A DNA stretch of 64,000 bases from a virus (IMGVR_UViG_3300025030_000004:102653-166652), one strand, 5' to 3'. Positions 9,842 to 20,327 are shown, numbered from the stretch's first letter. Made by a program: numbers and translations. Notes: generated by a model not told the origin, from the letters alone.

Positions 9842-11581
9842 TTAGAGGAACATTGTATATTGTGAGAGAATATCAAAATCATCCCTTGTTTCGGTAATAT
9901 TATCTTCAAATGTTTTAATATACCAAGCACAATATGAAACGCTAGAATATCTGTCTTTATTGATTTTTCTAACCACTCTCTTAACCTTAAGTCTCCCATT
10001 ATTAATATGTTCCAGTTGTAAGTTGACAATTTCCTCAATTAAAAAATCAGTTTGGACAAAGGGTACTATATTTGTCAAATAATCATTTTTATCATTCAAA
10101 TCGTAGTCTATGTCTTTTTTTTTCTCAAGCAAACGTAACTTACCACTGTCAACAATATCAATAAAATTAACAATTACTTCTGTATTATTTGATTGCGCTT
10201 TTAGATCATATAAGCAATTTTCAAAAACTTCTTCATCAGGATTCGCATCAGTGTTTATTGTATTCCAACATCCTAATACTTCGCCATCAGCAGGATTAAC
10301 TTGTGATTTCATTAATTCATCAATTATCCCCGATCCGAGACCATTACCGTCTGCAACGACCATTTTTGCATTATATTGTTTCTTTATTAATTTTACTTTA
10401 ATAGCTTGAGCACTAAAACTTAAAGCATTAGAAATATTAATAAGATTTACTAGGTTCATACTTTTTACTTTTCCATTAGCAAGTCGTTCTACTTCAATAA
10501 CTGCTACTGATGTTTGGTTATTTGAAGTATCTTGACTACGAGCTACATCTACTCCTAAAAAATAGCTACATTTATCGTTTGGAATAAAAACAGGTGATGT
10601 TAAATTTCGTATTTTTAATAAGTTATTTACATCTACCAAACAATTTTCAACTGACCCAACCCAATGACTCATATAGTTCATTGCGAACGCTATTGGTGAA
10701 GTATTCTTTTTTTTATTCTGCATTTGTTTTTTTGTAGAACCTCTTCCATACCAACATCCCAAATGCCAATCAGAACCTAAAACAATAACTCCTTTAAGTT
10801 CTATCATATCATCTACCATTCTTAGACTTCTTTGATATTCGTCACTACCTCTAAAACCAGATGTCGTGAAGAAATTTATTTGTTGATTTAATTCTTCCGG
10901 ATTTGTCATACCAAGTTTTCCAACTGTCATTCGACCAACTTCGACGATAGGTTCAAGTGCATCTTCATAAACGACAGAATTCAACAGCGCACTTTCTTCA
11001 ATATTCACTCTATTTCGACGTTGACCTTTACTTGTTTGAGCATTTGCAAGGATATCTATTCTGCTATTATTTACAAAAGTTATTTCTGCATCATTTTTTG
11101 AAAACTTTTTATCATAAATTTCATTATGAAACCAAGGATAATATTTCACTATTTCAAGATATTTATCTTTTAATAATTCTGCTGCATTTTCTTTTGTTTG
11201 AGCCGTTAGTGATAAATTTATTGACGGAAAGAGAATAGAAATTACAAACATTGCTAAAACTTCATTAAATGTTTTTCCAAATCCTCTAGGGAATACCCCA
11301 TAAAAACTCATAAACCTAACAGTTGCCCTAAGAAAGGTTCTTTGGTCTGGATGTAGATTGATTCCTCCTGTTTTAGGTTTTAATAAATCTAAAAGGAGAT
11401 CGGGGTAAAACCTAGCCCATGAAAGAAATTCAATATATTTATTTAAATTTTCATTAAATGCGTCCGATTCTTTTTTCCCTTTTGAATCTACAGTACTATT
11501 AAATTCTGGATTATAATTTGTTCTACTTTCTTTTTGAGTATATTTTGCGTTATCGCTTTGAAATTTACCATATGAAGGCAT
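9842..11581 (-). CDS. terL: Terminase large subunit (YonF-like)
   Basis: Walker A 'PRGFGKT', 'KGQRRN..IEESA', nuclease 'LGVDVAR', 'DGNGLG', 'KDRYS'. Confidence 0.9.
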   Translation of the reverse strand: MPSYGKFQSDNAKYTQKESRTNYNPEFNSTVDSKGKKESDAFNENLNKYIEFLSWARFYPDLLLDLLKPKTGGINLHPDQRTFLRATVRFMSFYGVFPRGFGKTFNEVLAMFVISILFPSINLSLTAQTKENAAELLKDKYLEIVKYYPWFHNEIYDKKFSKNDAEITFVNNSRIDILANAQTSKGQRRNRVNIEESALLNSVVYEDALEPIVEVGRMTVGKLGMTNPEELNQQINFFTTSGFRGSDEYQRSLRMVDDMIELKGVIVLGSDWHLGCWYGRGSTKKQMQNKKKNTSPIAFAMNYMSHWVGSVENCLVDVNNLLKIRNLTSPVFIPNDKCSYFLGVDVARSQDTSNNQTSVAVIEVERLANGKVKSMNLVNLINISNALSFSAQAIKVKLIKKQYNAKMVVADGNGLGSGIIDELMKSQVNPADGEVLGCWNTINTDANPDEEVFENCLYDLKAQSNNTEVIVNFIDIVDSGKLRLLEKKKDIDYDLNDKNDYLTNIVPFVQTDFLIEEIVNLQLEHINNGRLKVKRVVRKINKDRYSSVSYCAWYIKTFEDNITETRDDFDILSQYTMFL

Positions 11582-11593
11582 TAATCATCACCT

Positions 11594-12670
11594 TCAAATC
11601 CCTTCATCATCTTCTATTGATATATTACATACTGTTTCCTTTTCATCATCGGTAATAAATTTTAATATGTTTTCTCTATTCCCTTCAGTTGGGTCATTTT
11701 CGAATATCCCATAAGGATCACCATATTGTTTTATGTAATCTGCTTTTCTTTCATCATAAAATTTATATATATCCCCATATTCCACAAGAGGCATTCCTTT
11801 TAAATGCCTTTCATAATTTACATAGCACCATATATTAAAATCTAAAGCATCATTTGGTCTAAATTTAAATCTTGGTAAAATGGGGATTATATCAACTTCT
11901 CTTTCGATAGCTTGAGATAATTCACTTATTGTATTTAATCCTTCTGTCAAATCTGCTTTACTTAATTGACTAGGATTTATTTTTGCGCTTGTTGCAGCAT
12001 CTTTAGCCATACCAGCCCAATTTTTTGATTCTGCCACATCACCTTTTGCGGTAGCTATTTCTTCTTTAACTCTATATCTAATATAATTTAATAATGCTTC
12101 GGTATGCATAGCTGTCTTTTCAGAATAATTATTTTTAAGCTGATTATATTTCTTTTCGAAATAATAATATTCTTCATTTGTATATCCATAATTCCACTTA
12201 TCAATTATTTCATTAGTTACAACGAATCCATCCATATGTGAATTAGCACCTTGTTTGTTTGCAAAATTATTAGCACTATCATAATTTAATTCTTGTTCTA
12301 TCTCTGGCAACATTTTAGAATCTTTCCATCCTAGTTTACGGTATTGAGACATGGCTGTGTTTTTCATATAGACACCCATGACCTCTCCACCTTCTTCAAG
12401 TGAAGATTTCCATAAATTATATAAAAATGGTCTATCAAATAATTGTAATGTACTTTTAACTTTGTCTAAAACTACATTTCCTTGTTCGTCACTAATCATA
12501 TCTTTAATGCATTTTTTGCAATATAAAATCCGACCCATTTTATGAATCGGATTGTAACTAACATAGTATTCAGATTCCTTTTTTAAATCTCCACAATTTT
12601 GACATGAATATTCTTTTTGAATTCTTTTTGGTTTTTTAGTTGTATTTTTAGGTCTCCCTGCCATAAACAC
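11594..12670 (-). CDS. YonG-like protein (putative terminase small subunit) with Zn finger
   Basis: CQNC...CKKC, immediately upstream of terL. Confidence 0.55.
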   Translation of the reverse strand: MFMAGRPKNTTKKPKRIQKEYSCQNCGDLKKESEYYVSYNPIHKMGRILYCKKCIKDMISDEQGNVVLDKVKSTLQLFDRPFLYNLWKSSLEEGGEVMGVYMKNTAMSQYRKLGWKDSKMLPEIEQELNYDSANNFANKQGANSHMDGFVVTNEIIDKWNYGYTNEEYYYFEKKYNQLKNNYSEKTAMHTEALLNYIRYRVKEEIATAKGDVAESKNWAGMAKDAATSAKINPSQLSKADLTEGLNTISELSQAIEREVDIIPILPRFKFRPNDALDFNIWCYVNYERHLKGMPLVEYGDIYKFYDERKADYIKQYGDPYGIFENDPTEGNRENILKFITDDEKETVCNISIEDDEGI

Positions 12671-12787
12671 TTCTCCTTAAATTAATAAAAAGAAATTATA
12701 ATTCAAATAACCTCTTCTAAATCTTTATATTTTCCACTATAATAATTATCTAAAAACTCATAAAATTACTCTTCGGTATATGAAATA

Positions 12788-13906
12788 CTAACAATTATTT
12801 AATTGATAATATTCATCCCTATAAAACCAAATATATCCTTTAAATTGTTTATATTTATGCTTGCAACATAACATTATACTGTTGGCATTATACCCTAACT
12901 GTCTAGTTACCTCTCTTAAACTTCTAAATTCGTTTATATAATTACCGTCCATATCACATTGGACAACTTCCCTTTTGTTTTTATTATTATTTCTTAATTT
13001 TTCCCTAGTTTCAAAAGAAACCTCTAACCCTAAAGGACTTCCTGCTGTTGGGCACAAATTATATCCAATATTTCTTTCAAAACAATTTGTATTATCAATC
13101 CAATATTGTTCCCTCTCAATGAGTTTACTTTTATCGTCAACCAACTCGATTATTTCAAACTTGAAATTATCTTGACCATATTTAATCCACGATCTTTGTA
13201 GGTATTCATTTTCATGATTTTGTTTGTTTAATTTACTTATATGTGCTTTCTTTCTATCTATTAAATCTACCGCACTACCTATATATATTTTACCATTAAA
13301 TAAATTAGTTATCCTATATATTCCTGACGCATATTCCGTATATTCAATTTTTGAAAAAGTATCATCATTTATATCAACAATCAAACATTTCTTGCATGTA
13401 TTTTTATAACCACTAGGAGTATTATCTTTCCAAAAATTATTGTCATTCATTTCAATAAGACAATCGCACTCTTTACATTTTTTAAACATAACTCCATTAA
13501 TGTTTTTGTAAATACTTGAATTATGAAGATATAGGAGACTCATATTTTGAGAAATATTCATTCTAAAAGCTTTTCTTCTTATACTGTCCTCACTCCTACT
13601 TGGAAGTAATTTTAATAAATCATCAATATATGTATTTTCATAATTCATTTTTAAAATTGATTCCTCTTCATTAGACCAAGTTTTGAATGATAATCTTTCT
13701 TTATTTTTTTTAATGCCTAAACTACTAGTAATATAAACTACGCTTTTGTATTTAGATTCTGATCCAAATTTTTCTATTAATTCATTTTTGCTTGATTCAA
13801 TATAGTTTTTACAAATCCATAGAACATCTTCTAAACTCCAATTGTCTTTAAAGCGTGTTGACCTAGCATTATGCCAATTAATTACTTCTGTTTTTGTTTT
13901 ACTCAT
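12788..13906 (-). CDS. GIY-YIG homing endonuclease with N-terminal Myb-like repeats and NUMOD1
   Basis: 'SGIYRITN..KIYIGSA..R..H', 'EREQYWI', 'GYN', 'WSNEEESIL' repeats. Confidence 0.85.
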   Translation of the reverse strand: MSKTKTEVINWHNARSTRFKDNWSLEDVLWICKNYIESSKNELIEKFGSESKYKSVVYITSSLGIKKNKERLSFKTWSNEEESILKMNYENTYIDDLLKLLPSRSEDSIRRKAFRMNISQNMSLLYLHNSSIYKNINGVMFKKCKECDCLIEMNDNNFWKDNTPSGYKNTCKKCLIVDINDDTFSKIEYTEYASGIYRITNLFNGKIYIGSAVDLIDRKKAHISKLNKQNHENEYLQRSWIKYGQDNFKFEIIELVDDKSKLIEREQYWIDNTNCFERNIGYNLCPTAGSPLGLEVSFETREKLRNNNKNKREVVQCDMDGNYINEFRSLREVTRQLGYNANSIMLCCKHKYKQFKGYIWFYRDEYYQLNNC

Positions 13907-14135
13907 CTCTAATTCCTTCTTTCCGTATATTTTTTATTTCCGTACTAATCATTAAAAATAAATAGAAGAGAGGGTACGGAAATGGGTCATGACTCCCAAA
14001 AACCTCTCTTCCTTCTTCACAGTATTTTTGTGAATATTAAAAGACACTTACATTACGCAAGTGTCCTCTCAAAACACAAAACTTTATTATTTATAACTCA
14101 AAACCAAACCCATAAATTTTCAAATTGATTGGATA

Positions 14136-14783
14136 TTAACTATCCAAAAACTCCATCATATTATATTTAACATTTTCTTTGCCCATTTCTAAGCACTTAT
14201 ATGCCAGTTTTACCACTCCGTCTACAATACAATCTGTACAAGCGTCATTAAAAATCTTATCTAAACATTCCCCGATAGAATCCTTAATCTCATCCTCTAA
14301 ACATTCATTGCAACAACATAATGCATCAACTTCACTTTTCGCTTCACAGATAGGGCATTCATACTCATCTTCCAAATCATTTTCCTCACAATCTTCAATA
14401 TCATTAACATCCTCGACCATCTCACACCAAGACCACGTTCCATCACCATTTAGATACTTATCAACTTCCTCTTTGGTCATATTAGTATCTGTAAAAATAA
14501 AATAATCGACAAATTGATCAAAAGGATCGACGAATTTATAGTGGTCATACCCTTTTGCAGATTCACAATAAAACCTAATACCACCTTCATCAAACCACAT
14601 GTTCACATAAAACTCATCATTGTCCAAATCTTCATCTTCGTCAACAATATCATATTCTTCATCAAGGTATTCTGAAATATAGATTGCTAGAGGTTTATTT
14701 ACTACCATAAGAAAATTTCTTGATTCTTCAATATGGATATTGATAACATTTTTAATATCTGACAAGGTTAATTTATTGCTCAT
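14136..14783 (-). CDS. Acidic Cys-rich hypothetical protein
   Basis: ORF with SD; Asp/Glu-rich with CxxC motifs. Confidence 0.55.
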   Translation of the reverse strand: MSNKLTLSDIKNVINIHIEESRNFLMVVNKPLAIYISEYLDEEYDIVDEDEDLDNDEFYVNMWFDEGGIRFYCESAKGYDHYKFVDPFDQFVDYFIFTDTNMTKEEVDKYLNGDGTWSWCEMVEDVNDIEDCEENDLEDEYECPICEAKSEVDALCCCNECLEDEIKDSIGECLDKIFNDACTDCIVDGVVKLAYKCLEMGKENVKYNMMEFLDS

Positions 14784-14817
14784 TAAATGTTCCTACCTTT
14801 TAATTATTTATTATTGG

Positions 14818-15417
14818 TTAGATAATCTCATCCACCAAACCATATTCCAACATTTCTTCACTAGTCATACACCACTCATAGCGACTCATTTTCTCATACT
14901 GATCTTCAGTTATTTTAGTATGAGACAGGATAAAATCCTTAATTTTTGTTTCATACTTCTCACTAAATTTAAAATAATCCTTAACCTGAGTAGCAGTGCC
15001 TTCTAAATATGTGCTTCCACTATGAATTAATGCCGTACTAAACGGATAGCACTTTACATTTACATTAGGATTATTAAATCCTGCCATTACAATAAGACTA
15101 CCCATTGAGTAAGCATAAGCCATAATAGTAATAGTAGTTTTTGTTTTAAGTTTGGTTATTAAATCGCATAGAAATAGACCATTATGTACTTGACCACCAT
15201 TTGTATTTAAAAGGATATTAATTTCATCTCCTGTACCATCATTATCCATTTCCATTAAAGGTAAACAAACACATTCTATTGTTGCTTCTGAAATTGTATC
15301 ATTAATAATAATTGTTCTGTTTCTGATTCCTTTGAAATACTGGTACATAATAGGATCTGATGTTTCAGATAATTGTGATACAAGTTCATTTATATCAAGA
15401 CTTCCTAGTTCTGACAT
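14818..15417 (-). CDS. clpP: ClpP-family protease
   Basis: 'LNTNGG', 'AYSMGSLI' (catalytic Ser), 'LIHSG' (His), 'TSEEMLEYGLVDEII'. Confidence 0.85.
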   Translation of the reverse strand: MSELGSLDINELVSQLSETSDPIMYQYFKGIRNRTIIINDTISEATIECVCLPLMEMDNDGTGDEINILLNTNGGQVHNGLFLCDLITKLKTKTTITIMAYAYSMGSLIVMAGFNNPNVNVKCYPFSTALIHSGSTYLEGTATQVKDYFKFSEKYETKIKDFILSHTKITEDQYEKMSRYEWCMTSEEMLEYGLVDEII

Positions 15418-15449
15418 AAAAATACCTCATTATTCTTTCAATTTATTTA

Positions 15450-16292
15450 TTATTTTAATTTGCAATCATAAGCAGATTTTACCCAAACATAACCTCCTGC
15501 TGTTTTACCTTTTCCATTAATGCACTGTCTAATATTTTGTTTTTTGATTCCAGTACATTTTTCAGCATTATAAATAGAAGGGAATTCCATAACTAATTCT
15601 CCGCTTAATGTATATTGGAATATGGATATTGGTTTACCAGCATTTAAAGTACGTGGCAAATGCTCCTTAATATCAAAGCTATTAGACGAATAATTATCTA
15701 GATATAGCCAGATATACCCGTATGCTGTTTTTCTATTCTTATTAGTCCCTTCGCAACATTCTCTTATAGATTTCGTTTCAAAACCTTCAATTCTGTTTAT
15801 CTGATTCATGTAATCGTAAATTATTATTATATTACCATTCATATCCATCTTAATAACTTTCTTTGAAAACATATTTCCTTTATTATATTTTGAATCAGAC
15901 ATCTTCTTACGTGTTTCAAGTGAAAGCTTTCTTCCTTTTATTTTTTTACTCATTGTAATCTTTATTTTGCCATTATATTTGTAGTTATTCAATCCACCAC
16001 TTGTTGAATTATATCCATTGATAAAAGAATCGTACTTTTGTATATAGTAGATTTCTTTATTTGATAAATCGTCTTTATTACAAATTTCTAGTATTTCAAA
16101 AATAAAGTTATCTTGACCATATTTATTCCATGACCTTTGTAAATATCTATTTGTATGGGTATTAAGAATTAATAGCCTCTTATGTTCGTAGAATCTTTTA
16201 TTTAAATTACTTGATAAACCGATATAAACCTTATTATTAGCTAAGTTTTCAATCTTGTATATCCCAATATTTCCTATTGTTTTCTCTTCCAC
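15450..16292 (-). CDS. GIY-YIG homing endonuclease with NUMOD3/NUMOD1
   Basis: 'IGIYKIEN..KVYIGLS..R..EH', 'ETRKKMS', 'KTAGGYVW'; GTG start at 16292 after GGAG. Confidence 0.85.
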   Translation of the reverse strand: MEEKTIGNIGIYKIENLANNKVYIGLSSNLNKRFYEHKRLLILNTHTNRYLQRSWNKYGQDNFIFEILEICNKDDLSNKEIYYIQKYDSFINGYNSTSGGLNNYKYNGKIKITMSKKIKGRKLSLETRKKMSDSKYNKGNMFSKKVIKMDMNGNIIIIYDYMNQINRIEGFETKSIRECCEGTNKNRKTAYGYIWLYLDNYSSNSFDIKEHLPRTLNAGKPISIFQYTLSGELVMEFPSIYNAEKCTGIKKQNIRQCINGKGKTAGGYVWVKSAYDCKLK

Positions 16293-16396
16293 ATCCCCAT
16301 CTCCTTTATTTTTGCAAACAAAAAAGATGGTAGAAAAACACTCTACCATCAACTCCACACAGAAAAACAGTCTGAGGGAGTAATAATTTTATATAA

Positions 16397-17620
16397 TTAT
16401 TTTAAATTACAATCATATGCAGATATAAAACCTTTATCACCTACTATTGTTACTGTTTGACTAGTTTCTCCAGAATAGCGGTGGTTAGTACAATATTCAT
16501 CATGTGTGACCCATACTCCGCTAGTGATTACTTTACATTTGTCTATGGTGAGTATTTCAAATATGTGACGATGGCCTAAAAATATTAGTTTTGGTTTCTT
16601 ATCTAATAATGCTAACATTTGATTTGGAGCATTCTTAACATTTCCATAATCGCCATGATACAAAGCACAATAATGACCTTTTACATAGAATTCTGCAATT
16701 GTATTTTCTAATATGGATTTTTCAAACTTCACATTCTTCAAATTAGCAGTCCGTATTTCCATAAATTCCAATACAAAATTCTCATATCTATCTTTATTTT
16801 CTGAACGTTCTTTTATATCATTACGCGAGTGATTTCCGGTTACAAAATGAATTACAACATATTCAAAATGGTTGCTCATTTTTTCAATAAACTTAGACAT
16901 ATATTCAGAAAATCTTTTTGTTTGTTCGACTATTCCGTATTGATTATTCCTTATGATGGTTTCATGAATTACACCACTCAGGGCATCGCCACTAAAACAT
17001 AAATGACATTTATTAATCTTTTCTTTCTTTTTGATATCTAAAATTTGTAAAGTGTAATTTGCCAATCTTTCAAGAAAAACTTCTTCATTATATTTTTCAA
17101 ATTCATTATCTACGGTTAGGCCAAAATGAGGATCTGAAATCTGAATTACCATTTCATTTTCTTCACTATATAAATGTTCGGGTTGCTTGAAGACGATAGG
17201 GGAGAGGTCTTTGATACTCTCCTTAATTAAATCGGCCATTGTTTCTTTTCTTGCAAGTATTCTTATATCCTTATTTATAGAAGTTCTTAAATCTTGAAGT
17301 TTGATTCTTTCTTTTTTAAGATTAATTTCCTTCATATCTAAGTCGGATATTTTCTTATCGATAATAGGAGAGGTTAGATTATCTTTAGACATATCTAATT
17401 TTCTTAAAGTCCCATCTCGATCTTGTCTTTTTTTTACAAACTGTCTATAGTGTTCACCAGATTTAAATTGATTTCCTTGATGTTTATTTAAATCATTCCA
17501 CGAAGGATTATTTGTATTGAATATTTGTTTATATTTATCTCTATTATTCTTGAAGTCTACACCTATAGAGTATAATTGATCTCTATCCATTAATAACCTC
17601 AAATCTAAATTTATTTTCAA
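16397..17620 (-). CDS. Calcineurin-like metallophosphoesterase (YonJ-like)
   Basis: SDPHFG, GD, GNH, HGD, GHRH motifs. Confidence 0.85.
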   Translation of the reverse strand: MKINLDLRLLMDRDQLYSIGVDFKNNRDKYKQIFNTNNPSWNDLNKHQGNQFKSGEHYRQFVKKRQDRDGTLRKLDMSKDNLTSPIIDKKISDLDMKEINLKKERIKLQDLRTSINKDIRILARKETMADLIKESIKDLSPIVFKQPEHLYSEENEMVIQISDPHFGLTVDNEFEKYNEEVFLERLANYTLQILDIKKKEKINKCHLCFSGDALSGVIHETIIRNNQYGIVEQTKRFSEYMSKFIEKMSNHFEYVVIHFVTGNHSRNDIKERSENKDRYENFVLEFMEIRTANLKNVKFEKSILENTIAEFYVKGHYCALYHGDYGNVKNAPNQMLALLDKKPKLIFLGHRHIFEILTIDKCKVITSGVWVTHDEYCTNHRYSGETSQTVTIVGDKGFISAYDCNLK

Positions 17621-17677
17621 ATTAAAATAATCCCCTTATCGACCAAACAGGGGAGTAGTAAACTTAAATATCCTTTA

Positions 17678-17863
17678 TTAAATAGGTACACTATACCAAC
17701 AATCCTGACACAAAAATATTTCTTGTTCACAATAATATTTATACCAGAAACGGAATTTTCCGCATACTGGGCATTGAGTATCTGCATTTTCAATATTCAA
17801 TTTTAAATTTTCCATAGCAAAATAATCCGTTACTAAAAACTTATAAGAAGTTATAAAATACAT
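17678..17863 (-). CDS. Small Zn-ribbon protein
   Basis: CPVC...CQDC. Confidence 0.4.
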   Translation of the reverse strand: MYFITSYKFLVTDYFAMENLKLNIENADTQCPVCGKFRFWYKYYCEQEIFLCQDCWYSVPI

Positions 17864-17869
17864 ACATAA

Positions 17870-18585
17870 TTTATAACTCTATGTTTTATTCCTTATTCAT
17901 CGTATTACTACTCAAGTTGCTTAACACTCCAAAGGCTTAAATTCCCTGCTAACGAACAGGTATATAGGAACCTTGATTCAATCAACTAACTTTAAATATC
18001 TTATAATTCTCAGTATCCTCCTTTTAAAGAAGAATAGGGTGAGGTATTGATAAAATTAAAATGACCCACCGTGGTACGCGATTACAAATGAGTAAACTAA
18101 GCGTGGTGGGTTCTGTTCGGGCGAAAATACCCATCCATTGTAACAGATATTTTTATTAAAAATTCTTCTTTGTTAGAGTAATTAACTCAATTCTTGATAA
18201 TAAGGCAGGGTGATTAAAAACTCTAGATATTTCTAATCACCACTAACGCTCCCTATTATTTATACAACTTGTTATAAGTGTAATAAATATAAGTTTTAGA
18301 TTATTGAATAATAGGGGAGAGGCAAGGAGAATAATAAATTATGATAACTTTATCCATCCTCTCCCAAGGTACTACTGGCACAACAATATGAATTAACCAC
18401 AATAGCAGGGTGACGCTCAGTTCACTTCTAAACTCTATATCCGCTTTCGATATAGTTCCTGCATCTCTAATCCATTATGTAAAACACATAATGGAGCGAA
18501 GGATGCCCCTTCCTTCCTTATTGTGGTTAGGTATGATTAACGCTAGTGTCTCCTTAGACCTAGCTGAATGAATTAATCACCATCC
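17870..18585 (-). ncRNA. Candidate structured noncoding RNA block
   Basis: ~700 nt without a long ORF, with several GC-richer stems (e.g. TAACCACAATA 18394 / TATTGTGGTTA 18519). Confidence 0.4.
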
Positions 18586-18588
18586 ATA

Positions 18589-18816
18589 TTATTCATCATC
18601 CTCTTCAAATTCATCAGAAACAACATCTTCAATTTCTTCTTCTGTGAAAGAAAATTTAACATACTTCCCTGAGAAATTCTTCAATAGTTCAATCAGATTT
18701 TTAACACCTTCGTCTGGAATATTTACAACTGCTATGTTATTTTCAATTGTCAACTCACCTTCGGACGCAAGTTTATGTGTAATTTTCTTTGTTTCAGTAA
18801 GTTTAGATTTTGCCAT
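18589..18816 (-). CDS. YonK-like protein
   Basis: 'LIELLKNFSGKYVKFSFTEEE' motif; position next to HU. Confidence 0.65.
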   Translation of the reverse strand: MAKSKLTETKKITHKLASEGELTIENNIAVVNIPDEGVKNLIELLKNFSGKYVKFSFTEEEIEDVVSDEFEEDDE

Positions 18817-18904
18817 TATTTCATTTATTCCTCACTTTATTTATTATTTTATATTCAAATTTTGAACCTCACACGACTGAAGTCACGGGTGTTCTTGTTG
18901 ACGT

Positions 18905-19186
18905 TTATAAATTACACTTATCCTTAAACCCTTTTCCAGCAGAGAATGCAGGTTTCTTAGATGCTTCTGTTGACCATTCTTTTTCAACTCCACTTAATTT
19001 AGAAACTCCACTTTTAGCAGGAATATTTTTTAATTCATAATTGCCGTGTCCGATAACCTTGATTGCTTCACCCGATGCGACAGTATCTTCAATTAATTCG
19101 AAGAAATTAGTAATTAAACGTTCAGCTTCTTTTTTAGTGATTTCCATTTTCTCTGCATAAGCGTCAATAAGTTCTTTCTTGTTCAC
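18905..19186 (-). CDS. hup: HU-family DNA-binding protein (YonN-like)
   Basis: 'MNKKELI..AEK..ITKKEAE', 'GHGNY', 'PAFSAGKGFKD'. Confidence 0.9.
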   Translation of the reverse strand: MNKKELIDAYAEKMEITKKEAERLITNFFELIEDTVASGEAIKVIGHGNYELKNIPAKSGVSKLSGVEKEWSTEASKKPAFSAGKGFKDKCNL

Positions 19187-19221
19187 GATTGTTTTATTCC
19201 CCTTTAATTTTAAATTAATTA

Positions 19222-20220
19222 TTATTTATTCAATAGACTGAACTCACCCAGTTGATATCGTTTTGTAAATTCTTCAAATTGTTCAGGAGTATTGTCATTT
19301 CCGTACAAATTATGATATAAGTCATGGATATTCTTTGTTAAACAAACTCCTAATGGATATTTATTATGTATTAAAATAAACTGTTGCTCTATTAATTCTA
19401 ATTCCTCATTTGTATAATCTAAAACTGTTAGTTTTAATTCAATATTAATGTCTTCTAAAACCTCTAAAACAATCTTATTGAAACTATATAAGTGATGTAC
19501 TGCACTAAATTTTTGTTTTGTTAAGATACATTTATAGTCACACTGTTTCATTGATTCGCGTTTCCATTCTAATATTTTTGCGCGAAGAAATTCGTAGATA
19601 GGTGTTAAACCGCCTTTCCAAAAAGGTGAATTCTCTCCACTAATCTTTTCATTCCCACATAATCTACATCCCTTATTAGAGTAAACATTAGCATAACTTA
19701 CTTTAATTATACCTTGTTCTGGATGTGTCAAGCAGATACATAGTAATTTTTTATGTGCAGAAACATAATCCTCTGCCGAAAATAAAGGTTTAAATCCATG
19801 TTTAATAAATATATCTACTACAATATTGCCATCGAGAAACGCTTTTTTATATCCATTTTTTACACGAACCTTACCTAGACTATCTTCACCATATTTTAAT
19901 TGAAATGATTCTCTTGTTTTTATTTGTTTGCATTTATCGCAACAATCTTTTTCAATTATTACCCTACTTTTATTATATTTTTGATAAGTCGCAAACAATA
20001 AAGTTTTGTCTTTGTAATCTAAACAATAATCACAAAAATATAAAATATTTACCTGCGAACTTTTTGGTAAGTCTAAAACTTTAACTAATATAGTAGTTCC
20101 TTTTTTAACACTCATTCTTCCATCTTTATCTTTATAGCGAGGAATAATATAGTTTAATTTTTCATAATATGAAATAGTATTACTATGAAGACTAACTCTT
20201 ATATATTCTGTTACAAGCAT
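19222..20220 (-). CDS. HNH-type free-standing endonuclease
   Basis: 'SPFWKGG', 'YKCILT..VHHLYSF', 'IHDLYHNLYG..NTPEQFEEF'. Confidence 0.75.
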   Translation of the reverse strand: MLVTEYIRVSLHSNTISYYEKLNYIIPRYKDKDGRMSVKKGTTILVKVLDLPKSSQVNILYFCDYCLDYKDKTLLFATYQKYNKSRVIIEKDCCDKCKQIKTRESFQLKYGEDSLGKVRVKNGYKKAFLDGNIVVDIFIKHGFKPLFSAEDYVSAHKKLLCICLTHPEQGIIKVSYANVYSNKGCRLCGNEKISGENSPFWKGGLTPIYEFLRAKILEWKRESMKQCDYKCILTKQKFSAVHHLYSFNKIVLEVLEDINIELKLTVLDYTNEELELIEQQFILIHNKYPLGVCLTKNIHDLYHNLYGNDNTPEQFEEFTKRYQLGEFSLLNK

Positions 20221-20327
20221 TCTATCCTCCTTTAATTAAATTAAAGACGGAACAGAAATACAGTCTGTACCCAACTCCACACAGAAAAACAGTCTGAAGG
20301 AGTAATTATTATATTTGTTTTTATCAA

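Noticed and set aside
12788-20220. Group I introns or inteins housing the endonucleases
   Set aside because: The endonucleases lie between intact genes with their own RBS; terminase and polymerase are uninterrupted
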